Below are positions 25,096-38,000 of a stretch of DNA of 64,000 nucleotides, in pieces (the stretch's first letter is position 1; every line of letters begins with the position of its first letter). The stretch covers positions 30,758,437-30,822,436 of the forward strand of contig NC_092672.1 in the NCBI RefSeq assembly GCF_964355755.1. Reading direction: 5' to 3'. The notes below the pieces were generated by a model. It had not been told where the DNA came from. It saw nothing but the letters and a program-made list of their open reading frames with translations, and did no database searches. The position numbers were made by a program, and so were the translations under genes. Source of the DNA: Antedon mediterranea. Its lineage: Eukaryota > Animalia > Echinodermata.

Positions 25096-28000
25096 ATCTA
25101 CCTAATTTTGCTTTTTTAAATTACAGATATGCGTTAAGATAGATGAATGTGCAATATGCATTCTGGAAAGTCTGAATAAATATATCTAACTTACGTTTAA
25201 ATATAAAGCTGATATAGCTACGTCGTTATTGTCTAAATTTACTGAGAAGAAGATCGCTGTAGTTTGGCGTGGGTTGATTGTCCCGATACGTTATGAGAAG
25301 ATAAACAACAGTCAAGTATGTTAATAGACTAGATGTATATATTACTAAGCAACACCACCATAATTCAAATAAACGGTATTACTTTCGGTAGGCCTTTTAT
25401 TACCTTTTGGACACAACACAAGTAGTATAACTATCTAGAATATGATTGCTACATCTGTAATCATCACGATTTCATTGTTTATTGTTCGAATGTTTTGTGT
25501 TAAAGGCACACGGAATCTCAGGTCACGTTCAGCTTACAACAACAATTGCAGGGAACATGACGATAAACAAGACTTTAAAATTGAGAAGAATTGAACATTT
25601 TAATTAGCAACAAAGATTTCACCATTGAAAACTGTCATGGCAGAAAAAGTACATAATAATTATTATAATTATGATTTATGCCTTGCCTCACAAAAGAAAA
25701 AAATATAAAAGATAGTATTACGCAATGAAAGAAGATATCGCAAAAAATGAAAATATGAAATAAAAAAAAAAAATTACACAATTAAATGAACTTGGCAACC
25801 AAATTAAAAGCCGTACGGTAGTACGATAGTTCATTGCTTGGCCGTACTCTAAGTAAGTCTAGGCCAACATGTAGTGGGTAATATAGTCACCTTGTACCCA
25901 AACCAACTCGTACCCATTACATTTGTTGTGAAGATGGTAAAGTAAATGTGCGAGCCTGTTTAAATTTGTTTCGGAGCTCTTTAATAGTGCGAACCCTTCT
26001 AATTGGTGAGCTCTTTAATTGTGCAACGAACCCTTTTGAATTTTGGGCTCTTTGAGGTTTTTATTTTTATTTTTTCTTCTCATTAATGATGCTTTACAGT
26101 TACGAGCCACTATAACATCATAAGCCAGGTGCCTCTAAAAAATACTTGTTTTGTTATTTAATATTTGGTGTTACGAGAGATTATATTTATGACAGTAGCA
26201 AATGGAAGCAGATAATAAGACAAAACAAATAAAAATGTAACAAAGCCTATATATAATTATTACTATATTTTAATTTAAAAGAAAACCCTTAACAAATTAA
26301 TGAGTATACAAAGACTAATCTACTTCAAAATAATATGGTGTAGGTTTACATGGCAAACGTTTAACTTTAAGCTAATCTACTTGAATAAAAACAAAACGCT
26401 GAAAAATATTAGGCCCTAAATGAAACTGCTAATAATAAAAAAGAAACAAAGTCTGTTTCTATATTTATAAAATCTAGTATAGATCAAAACAGAATATACT
26501 GTATAGAATATGACACTATTTAGCTTCCTTTAGCTATAATACGTTTAATAAACTTAGGAGAAACTTTAAACAAATAGTAATAATCTACATCGTTGCCAAC
26601 AATCAACTTTTGTACTAAACTTAATCAAGTGCACCGAACTCAATCTACTATCAAAATCACAATGGTATTACATATAAAAAAAACACACATTTTTCAAATA
26701 TAATTTAAAACAATTTACATTATATTCAAACTGTTAAAATTGAGGTATAGTTTAATAACCAACTTTACGATCGATTTATCGGCAATAAGGTAATAATATG
26801 GTTTCTTTGATCTGTATTTCAATGATTGGTTGAAATCAATTGGTACTTTCAATTTTATTATTGTAGGTACTAAATTGATACCTTAAATATTTGTAATATA
26901 TCTACCAGTTTGAGCAGCAGTGTTAACGTTTTCTAACTTTTCCTGAAATTACCCATTTGTTAGTTTGCTTTGTAGGCATTGGATGCATGCATGTATGTTT
27001 ATCATAGCTGATCGTCGGTACCAACCCAGACCATCACATTTGATCCTGAAAAAAAAAAAACGGAGAATATACACTTTTATCCATATATATTACTATACAA
27101 TGGGTCTTTAAATAAATTTTTTAGATTGTTTTTGTTTGCATCCAAAAGGACAAAAAAACATGTAATTTATTTATTTAAAAAAGCAATATAAGATTTACTA
27201 AACAATAAATTATTTTATTTGTTTAAATATCGTCATTGTTAACGTTGTCATTATCATGAAAGTGAGAACCAAGTAAAAATGATAAATGATATGAAATTGT
27301 TGGTAACTGGTATATAAACTAGTATCTCTTTATTCTTTACTTAGGTGCTACACATTTCCATCAGCAGCAGTAAATCATGCATTGTTATTGTTCTTTATTA
27401 CAAAACATGACATGTACATTTCCTATTAAATGTAGTAATACTAAGATAATTTAATAAACCAAATAAAATTACTCCTTACTTTTTCCAGCTCTTCAATATT
27501 CCTAATCAAGGTGTTGATATTTTCCTCATACCTTATTGTTTTTGAAAAATCAATATAAAATCTACCCGCAATCACTTGCTGAATTTGTGAATCTTTTTTC
27601 GGTTTATATGACTCCATTTTCAAAGGAATTAACTTTTTGTCGTACTCCAAAACTTTGTCACATTCTGAAAATAAAAATGATAAACACATCAACATGAAAT
27701 ACATTGACAATTGTTATTTCTATGAATTTTCTTTATCTTTCAATTCATTGAAAACCCTATTTTTAGTCAGTTATACAAACAATTAAAATGTCTGTAGTAG
27801 AGAACGTGTGTATTACTCTGCTACCTGTAATAAGTGCGTATTTACCGAATTTGCAGTATTCGCTTTCTTCGTAGGCTTTCGAAGTACACAATAGAACTAT
27901 GCTTGAGTCGCATATAGCTTTATCTAGAGTTGTAGACATACGTCCAAACATTTTCCTTTTATCAATCCAGATTGTATGTGAATCTTCCAACCTCTTCTTT

Positions 28001-29290
28001 AAGCTATTAACAATTAATCCGACAGTCCTAAAAGTGAAAATTTCCGTTAAAGATGTATTATTCCTCAAAAACATGAAAAACGAAGATTAATAAAACCACA
28101 CTTTGAATAGGCCATGTTGTAGTTTTAACAAAGTTAATCATTTTCATAGAAAAAAAATAATGTTTTCACTTATAAAATCATAAAACAAAACGCTTAAATA
28201 TAATCAAAAACCCATTGTCTGGAATACCGTACACATGGCGATCCAATTTTTGGTCAAAGTGAATAAGTATATGTGAAATTAAAATGGAATATTCAACAAA
28301 CAAATTTTAAAATATTATATTTTCAGGGAAAAATATATCTTTAAGTTTATCTGTAGCAATTAATCATGGAATAAAAAACATAGGGAGTTTAAAGGTATGG
28401 TATTTTCCTCAAACATCTTATTTTTATAGATTGAAAGTGCTAGAATTATTATCTATTGATTGTTTAAATTACATATACTTTTAATAGGATTTAAGGCATT
28501 GAAAGGTTACTGCCCTCATTCTTTCAATGAGTATTTTAAACTAGTGAAAGTTAGCTTTTACGTTGGAATTCAAAAGGCAATACTTTTCATAATTCTGTAT
28601 TATTATTATTATGAATTATTAAAGTTTCACAAACAATTTAAATATTTAAGGCTGCTCTAACGAAACACTATTTATTTCATGTTGTGTATTTATTTGTATT
28701 ACAATTGTTTAATTTTCTTGTATACGGTTTTATCTTAAATGATTGTACAATATAGAGTGAGTGCATAATCTGTTTGAGCTTTTCTCACTCATGGTTATTT
28801 TTTCATTGGCGACTGAATAAATATTATTATCATTATTATTATCGTCATCGTCATCATCATCATTATTATTATTATTAAATGTGTTGGAATATTAGAAAAG
28901 AAATGTCGATAAATTCAGTGGCTTATTTAAAAACAATCAGCAGTATCAACTGCTAATAATAATTGTATGTTTGGACAATTATAATTTTAATTATATTAAC
29001 CAAATGCACTTGCCCCCTCTGTTTCTGACTGTAGCTAATCATTATTTGGTTCTGAAACAAAAAAAAACTCGTATTATGAAACTTGTAATTTCAATAATAT
29101 TAATACATTTTTTGTTATAAAATATTATCTATTTATACCTTTTGTTTTGTTTCCAACTTCTCAGGCTGTTTGTTGTTTTTATTTTCTGAAATCAAAAATA
29201 TTTGCATAAATGCATTCCATTAAACCACCAGATGCAAACAAAAAACTGCATTCTAACCATAGATGTGAAATATTCTACGTATACTTTAAT
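24335..29290. repeat. Segmental duplication block, paralogous to ~1985-9670
   Basis: Colinear similarity including the TIR exons and 3' flank; lacks the HINE and the 41-bp array. Confidence 0.9.
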
Positions 29291-32200
29291 GCCTTATTTG
29301 GCATAATTGAAGTTTTATAATGGTTGTATTGTTTGTTCTTGCAAAGCAAAAAATAGTCACATTGTTAATAGGCAAAATATCGTACCTTTGCTTTTGCAAT
29401 TAATAGCAATATAATAATAATAACTATAATAGGCAGTCAAAATCTCGAAGCCCTTGAAGTCATCATACGATTTAAGAGCACAGTAGGCCTAAGCTGAATA
29501 GTGTTTTTAGTTTTACTCCCATAATAAGTGCATATCTGTAAACCATGTATTAGTTGATATCTTCAATAAAAGAATGTGCACTATGCACTTAAATAAGAAA
29601 ATATAGCCTACCTCAGTAGGCTATAAAGGTAAAATACCTTCTTTAGATGTTATAAAGACAATAGGTATCCTAGCCTAGGCCTACTGTGTCTTTTCAAACA
29701 TGTAGGCCTTTCAATCTGAATAAAATGAAAAGAATCTACTACTAGATGTATTTATAACATAAATAATGAATGTTTTTATATTCTTGTGATTGTACAAATA
29801 ATTTAATGAGGTGAAATATCAAATTCTTTTTTTCACTTGGGCTTTTCCTCATGAAAATAGAATGTCGTATTTCACCTCATGAATTTATTTGTACCATCAC
29901 ACTCATAAACATTCATTATTTGAATAATAACCTGCGTTCTCTCCTTCATCAGATTCTTCTGAATTGTCTGCCATCTTTCTTTTACGAGTTCCTTTTGAGG
30001 TGAGTGCTATAAGAAAGAAATTTAACAGTGGTAATAGCCTATCAAATGTATAGTCTACCAGGGTTTTGTTTAATGTATCGTTATGGTATAGTAATATTAA
30101 TTTATGGAATACCAATATTTACCTCTTTTCCCCTTCATTTTTGGAGTATAAACTTCGTTGCTATCGTCAGAGTACCCTGATGCAAATAAGATCACAATTT
30201 AACAGTAATTAAAAGGTAATTTCATTAACCTAATGTGTTATTTAAATGTTTGATATTTAAAACTGAAACCAAAAACAGACTTGATAATAAATTTAATAGC
30301 AAAACTGTTTTTGTGTTCCTGTAGTAACACAATAATATTATTAATAATAATAATAATTAAAGTAGACGTTTTATTTTCGTTAAAGTTTTAACCTGAGTTC
30401 TCTTCTTCGTCATATTCTACTGATGTAAGTGTTGCCTTCCCTCTTTTAGAGGATTTTGAAGCAGGTGCTATAATAAAGACAATGTAATAATGCAATAAAA
30501 TCAAATATGGGGTCAGTAGGCTATGATTTATTTTTACTGTAGGTATACGTTAGTATAAAACAGAAATACTCAATTTTTTGCATAAATTTCATTATTATTA
30601 AATATTATCTGTTCAATTCCCAATAAAGTATAAAGACAATAGGTATCCTAGCCTAGGCCTACTGTGTCCTTTTAAACATGTAGGCCTTTCAATCTGAATA
30701 AAATGAAAAGAATCTACTACTAGATGTATTTATAACATAAATAATGAATGTTTTTATATTCTTGTGATTGTACAAATAATTTAATGAGGTGAAATATCAA
30801 TTTTTTTTTTCACTTGGGCTTTTCCTCATGAAAATAGAATGTCATCTTTCACCTCATGAATTTATTTGTACCATCACACTCATAAACATTCATTATTTGT
30901 ATAATAACCTGCGTTCTCTCCTTCATCAGATTCTTCTGAATTGTCTGCCATCTTTCTTTTACGAGTTCCTTTTGAGGTGAGTGCTATAAGAAAGAAATGT
31001 AACAGTGGTAATAGCCTATCAAATGTATAGTCTACCAGGGTTTTGTTTAATGTATCGTTATGGTGTAGTAATATTAATTTATGGAATACCAATATTTACC
31101 TCTTTTCCCCTTCATTTTTGGAGTATAAACTTCGTTGCTATCGTCAGAGTACCCTGATGCAAATAAGATCACAATTTAACAGTAATTAAAAGGTAATTTC
31201 ATTAACCTAATGTGTTATTTAAATGTTTGATATTTAAAACTGAAACCAAAAACAGACTTGATAATAAATTTAATAGCAAAAACTGTGTTTGTGTTCCTGT
31301 AGTAACACAATAATATTATTAATAATAATAATAATTAAAGTAGACGTTTTATTTTCGTTAAAGTTTTAACCTGAGTTCTCTTCTTCGTCAGATTCTACTG
31401 ATGTAAGTGTTGCCTTCCCTCTTGTAGAGGATTTTGAAGCAGGTGCTATAATAAAGACAATGTAATAATGCAATAAAATCAAATATGCGGTCAGTAGGCT
31501 ATAAAGGTAAAATACTTTCTTTAGATGTTATAAAGACAATAAGTATCCTAGCCTAGGCCTACTGTGTCTTTTCAAACATGTAGGCGCTATGATATATTTT
31601 TACTGTAGGTATACGTTAGTATAAAACAGAAATACTCAAATTGCATAAATTTCATTATTATTAAATATTATCTGTTCAATTCCCAATAAAGTATACGTTG
31701 TAAATACAGAAATAAAAAGACATCGAATTTGAATTATTGACAATACTTGAGTTATTAAAATGGCAAAACATACCTTTAAGACCACTTTCCTTCAGCTCTT
31801 CAATAATTTCGTCAAAGTTGTCTTCATCTATTTTACCTCTGCATTTTTCAAGATCAAATAGCATATCCCAGCGGTCCGAATATGGTTTCGTAGGATAATT
31901 AAATAGTCCGTTGATTTTATGAACGTCCTCGTCCGATAGGGTAGAGAAAAATTTCAGTACTCTTTGTCGGTGCTGTGTAAACGATGAAACCTCTGCATTT
32001 GAAAACGATGGCAGCAGGTTTCCAAGCTCTCCTCTCAGTCCATCTTGATCGGTGGTGGTAATCGTGTCGTGCAGAATTATAAGATTATTCCGACTTAGTT
32101 TTCCAGCATCATGTAATGCATTTAACAGAACTATTGTTCTTTTTTCTTTATTATTACTGAACGTTGCGTTATCCAATAAGTCAATGCACGTACATTTGAG

Positions 32201-35038
32201 TCTATTGAATAATCCCTCGTGACGGCGCTTGTCATACCAGGCTGAAAATTTTACTTTTAACTTGCTATACTCGCCCTCTGATACACCTTATAAAACAAAC
32301 AAATATAGAGTAGAAACTATTGTTACATTGATGGTGGTTGAATTCCATAGAAAACCTTAGTTTTAAACAAATCATACAATGATCAATATTAACAAATCTA
32401 ATAATTTTTTTGATAAATATTACCCTTGTAACACCTAATTTAATTGTAGTTCTTACCCTGTAATTTTATCGCCAAATGAGGGAAAAAAGGTCTTATAAAA
32501 TAATTGCTATTGATGTAGTCCTAGTAGGGCCTATAAATGGGCCTTTAGATTTAAAAAGCGTATTTAAACTGACCATGGTTTATCATTCAGATAGGCTGGT
32601 GATAAAAATCATCACGTCGTTTTAATGATTTAAGTAATATACAACGTAGGCCTACTTTTAATAAGTTTAGAATTTTAGAAATATGAAATTGATTCCCTTA
32701 TTTTTAAATACTCAAGTATTCTATTTATTTTATTATCAATTATTTAGGTCTGCATTTTGAAAAAAAAAATAGATCAATAAAATTACACAACATGCTTTAA
32801 AGTACCGCAAAAGCATTCTTACAATAAAAGAATTGGTTACTAATTTCTCTATCAATTCTAAACTACGGTGTTATTGACCCCCTTAACAACAACAAGTGTT
32901 CTATGTTGAGTGACGATGAAATAACTAAATTACATGATGATGCAGACTAAAAAAAACAACAACAAAATAAAAATGGTAATACGACTAGTTTATGTTTTAC
33001 ATGTGTTACCTGTTTTCTTTTTTTTGTTACGTATTCTTTTTGTAGTTGAGGCTATATTAAAAAAACAATAACATTTTTAAAAATGTAATAATGCAGAACG
33101 GACAGCGTGAGAGCGCGGTGAATTACTATTTTATCGGTGAAAGACCGTAACTAAGCAAACGAGACCCCCTTAACAACAAGTGTTCTATGTTGAGTGACGA
33201 TGAAATAACTAAATTACATGATGATGCAGACTAAAAAAAACAACAACAAAATCAAATATGCGGTCAGTAGGCTATAAAGGTAAAATACCTTCTTTAGATG
33301 TTATAAAGACAATAGGTATCCTAGCCTAGGCCTACTGTGTCGATTCAAACATGTAGGCCTTTCAATCTGAATAAAATGAAAAGAATCTACTACTAGATGT
33401 ATTTATAACATAAATAATGAATGTTTTTATTTTCTTGTGATTGTATAAATAATTTCATGAGGTGAAATATCAAATTCTTTTTTCTTTCGGCTTTTAATTA
33501 GCACTACTTATATGTGTTTATGGTGCATGGTGCCAACATCAATTCTGGCTCAATGAAATGTAGGGCTAGTTTTTGCAAAGTATTTTATAGGCATCTGTAT
33601 GGTCACTTTAGATATATTGTACCTTGTGGATTGACTGGCAGTAATTCGGAAGTCTCTGTAAGCCTACCATCTGACAAATCTGTAAAAAGAGAAAAATAAA
33701 TAATAGTACCTTATAGCTACATATAGTAGATAGTTCATATTATACAACGCCAATGGAACAACTCACTTCCCTTATTACTTGGAATAACGAATGTTTAGAA
33801 AGATATCAATCTAATCCATTGGACTTGTTTAGTAAACAGCGACGTTTACATACTAAACTGAATACTACCTGGATGAATGAGAATATTCATATCCGTAATG
33901 TATGTATAGAAACCCATTGTTTTGTTAATCTGTCTGATAAAATACATCTTATATGATACAGCTACTAAAGATTAAAATTGTAACATCGATAAATAACTGA
34001 TTACTAGTTTCAAACAAGACACTAATTTTGCCGCAAAAAGCTCAGGTAAAATCCGTTATTCACTGAAATGGAAATTTGAAGAAAGACAGTTTTACAAAAT
34101 GGCAGACCATTCAAAAACGAAGTAAAAACTTGATTGAGGTGTAAGATTACTTGAAAAGAGAGAAAGAAAAAAAAAATTAATAATATTAATTATAAATAAA
34201 TTAGAGAGCCAGTTTCTCTCTGTAAAAGAATAATTTAATAGAATAATACCACACAACCAAATACTGTAGAGCTAGCAAAACAGTTGTTGGAGGAGCATGG
34301 TCTTAACATCTGAAGTTGGCTCCAAATACGAAGAGGGAAGAAGTAACAAATATAATATAATAATTTTAATAATATGACTCAAATTAGAAGGAACAACAAA
34401 TAATTTCATTTATGATACAAAACAATCAAGTAATCACAAGCCGATTTTTCATTTACATACAGATCGTATACCAAAAAGAACACAAATATTGCTCTAATTT
34501 AAAGTTTCTTTGCCGTTTTTGTTTTGTGTATTGTTCTATATAAACATCTATTTGAACACAGATATTCAAAATTATAAAAAAAGGTCTTCTTCAGCATTAA
34601 GATAATTTTTTTTATTTGTTTGACAAGTCATTCCAATTTTAATTTATTTATTCAAATAAACATTATTACTGATACAGGTCTAAGTTCTACATCTACACAT
34701 TTCTACGTAAATAATTACAAGGTTCTTGGACACTTTGTTTTCAGTTTTGTCACGAGAGGATGTTAATCATTAATATAAAATGTACTTGTTCAAGACCTAT
34801 ACATCTTTAATTTGGTAATCACTCACTTCAATCATGAATTTCCAACATAAAACTCCACTCAAAAAGCCCTTTCAATAACTTTCGTTAGATATTGTTTTTG
34901 TTAAATATAAGTGGCATTACATACCTGGTATTGAACTATGCAGTTCTCCTAAATCTTCTGTTGATGAAATTCTCGACGGTCGGTTAATTTCATGTATTTG
35001 TTGTGGAACAAATGTAGGCGTAACATGTCCTACAGGGG
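27034..35038 (-). CDS. Gene C: tandem-DED / expanded basic-acidic linker / TIR protein (5' end unresolved, may extend to at least 52574)
   Basis: Phase-compatible exons 35038-34925, 33679-33623, 32286-31774 (tDED), 31445-31371, 31153-31100, 30983-30909, 30467-30393, 30176-30123, 30006-29932, 29185-29139, 29051-29014 (NQIMISYSQ, GC donor), 28027-27846, 27664-27480, 27045-27034 (DQM*). No internal stops. Confidence 0.82.
29655..31680. repeat. ~977-bp tandem duplication of a three-exon linker module within gene C
   Basis: ORFs 29903-30115 and 30880-31092 are near-identical; exons are offset by 977-978 bp. Confidence 0.92.
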
Positions 35039-38000
35039 CTAGAATTACAACAAAAACTAGTTAGATATTTAGATTTACCAATGAACATAAACCCTATTTG
35101 TTGTATCTACGAAATTTAAATAACACGGTAAAGAAATACATATTGCATAATAATAAATAATATTAATATTAAACAAAACATTTAGTTCAAATAAAGAAAA
35201 ACATTTTCAACAACATTGTGTTACAATTAATGCGGGAGGTACATGACTAGCAATTATTTTGGGTTTTTTTATGTTGGATTTTTTTTCGTCAAGTCAACTC
35301 TACACATTTTTTTAAAAGAAATATTATGAATATATGTATTAATACCTTTTTAGTAACATGCATGGATCACTTGGTTTTATTAACTTGAGTGAATATCATT
35401 TTTTGGGAATACATTTTTTAGAGTAATGAATTGAATCACATAAAATATTTGTGTTTTTGTACACCTTTTAAAAACGTTTTATTAGCTATTTTAGAAGCTT
35501 TTGTCTAAGTACCCCGAGAACTGATCAAATGCGTATAATTCATAAATGACATCAATCGAAATTGAACATTTTAAAATTATACTGTCTGAACTATAATCAA
35601 AATAAAGCGATGTTGTAAAATAGTCGTCCATTTAACGAACATACAATTGATTTCCAGGAATTATTTAAACTAGATGGTACGCTCGCTTCGCTCGCGTAAC
35701 ATCTAGTTCGTGCCCACAGATGGTTCTCGAATATACAGTAAATTAAGCGTAACAAAACAGGTGATTTCAAATGTACGTACCGCAGGACTACAATATATTG
35801 TCGTTTACAGAAACGAATAAATAGACACGATGATTTATGTAGTCCACTAAAATTAGCACCCTGAGAATTACTTTCGAAGGAGAAACTTATCACAAAATGA
35901 GCCTATTTTTGATGTGTACTCATTTAAAGAAACCCAATTTGTGTTTTGTATGCAACATTAAGGGTTGAGGGATGGGAAAGCGGATAGGTACAAAGAGGAA
36001 CAATTTTTAAATATATTCTTTATCCACTCAGTAACGAAATATTTTGTTCATGTTTTATAGGCCTATAAAAAATCTAAATACAGTAAAACATTTGCGATTT
36101 AATACTTTGTTAAAACTGTCACTGTCATAATCGATTGAAATATTAAAGTACATGTCACGATACACCACTACGACGTTTATATTATTGGTAATTAATAATT
36201 AATACAAACGTTGAGAGGGAACTGTCAGTATAAAGTGTATTTGTATATAATAATGTGTTTATATATCTAACAGTGAAGGCTAACCACAATCTCAGTAATA
36301 AAGTTTATTTTTATATATTTTTATATTACATCTAACAGTACGAACATTCACAGTAAGAAATGTTCGATTCAAATGAGGACCAAAAATAGTTAATAGATAT
36401 TTACAGTATTGTCAAAGTATTGCAAGTTTATTCTCAAAGGGCCCATATATTTACCTACCGTGTGTGTTAAACCAAGGGCTCATAAATTTACCTACTTGTG
36501 TTAAACCAAACTCTGGCAGACTGAGAGATTGGGATGTTCCATTCATCGCAAATCAATACATTTGTATAATCGTATATTAAATCTATCTAGTATTTTTTAA
36601 AGAAAATCGGCCTGTCTTCAACATTACGATGCTGTACTCTAGCTGTTCAACTGGTTTTCAGCTATTAAAAACAATTATCGTAGGAGGAAATAGGAAAATG
36701 CGAAGCCTCTTTGATAGAGGGCCAAAGGTGTGTGTAGACGTAGTTAATTTTCCCTCTACACTGATTGTCTTTTAAAATGCATTTTCTTGATTTTTGGATA
36801 TACCAACAGTTAAATAACTGACATATCGATACAGCAACAAATATTGATTGAAGAAAACTGTTTTAATTTACAAGCTGTGAGTTAGGATTATATCATTTTC
36901 TTCACTTTGATCAGCTAGGCCTTTCGCGCCTTTTAATACGTTTGTTGCTAACGCCGGTAACCAGGGACGCCAAGCATTGTGCTTACCACCATACGGTACG
37001 TTACGTTTAGTCTTTTGACTAGGCCTAGGTTCACTCTCCTCATCTAAATCATTGGCTGTTTGGATATTTTTTTTTAAAAACAAACTAGTGCGGATTATCA
37101 CAACAATAATATTTACAGTTACTGTTGGTCGTACTGTAATTTTGTTTTTTGTATCGTGACAACCGATGAAACGCTTGTCTTTGAATGCTTACATTTTTAA
37201 CATAAAACGTCGTATTTCCTACTTTTGCTCATCATCATGCAGTATAAAGTACAATTTAGAACATTATTCATCCATTTACTATGTATCATAGTAAGAATAT
37301 GCACCCTAAGTCAACCGTCTTTAGACTTCACTGGAGTCGGACCTGACATCGCAAGCAACTGGTCAGCACCTACCCAAATTAAGCAGGATAACTTGGATTT
37401 GAGATTACCACTCTGGCAAATGTACGGTGCAAGCTTTTCGAGATATCCTGTAAAACGTATATTAAGAAAACATCACGTTACTTGATCATTATTGCTGGGG
37501 ATGTCTCCCTAAATCATGGACCTCAACAAAAGTCATATTGTGACGTATGCAGTAGAGGATTTAACAAGCGAAGTAAAATCATCAGATGCAATGCATGCGA
37601 CATTAAAACAATACATACAAAGTGCGCCGGTAAGTCATCCTCTGATATTTGCGATATATGCTCCTGGAACTCGCTCTCATGGTATGATGCAGACTTTCAT
37701 GAAAATCAGAACCAAGATGTATCTGACGCTAATCAGATTGATCACCTAGACGATGACATGGACGACATCGCAAAAACAATTAACAAACAAGGAATGCATT
37801 TTCTTCAACTTAATGTACGATCGCTGATTCCCAAAATATCTGAAATAAGGGAAATCGCATTAAAATCAAAGGCAATGATAGATCTTCTCGTAGAGGAGGT
37901 GGAGTATGTATGTATGTGCGTACGGACAAAGCGTTTACCAAGAGAGAAGATTTAATGGACAAAAATGTTGAATCAGTATGGATTGAACTCAACTTCCCGG

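Noticed and set aside
8227-28074. TIR ORFs as a bacterial Thoeris/TIR anti-phage system
   Set aside because: The TIRs are split by spliceosomal introns at conserved positions, and the ORF-track starts and ends are intronic read-through.
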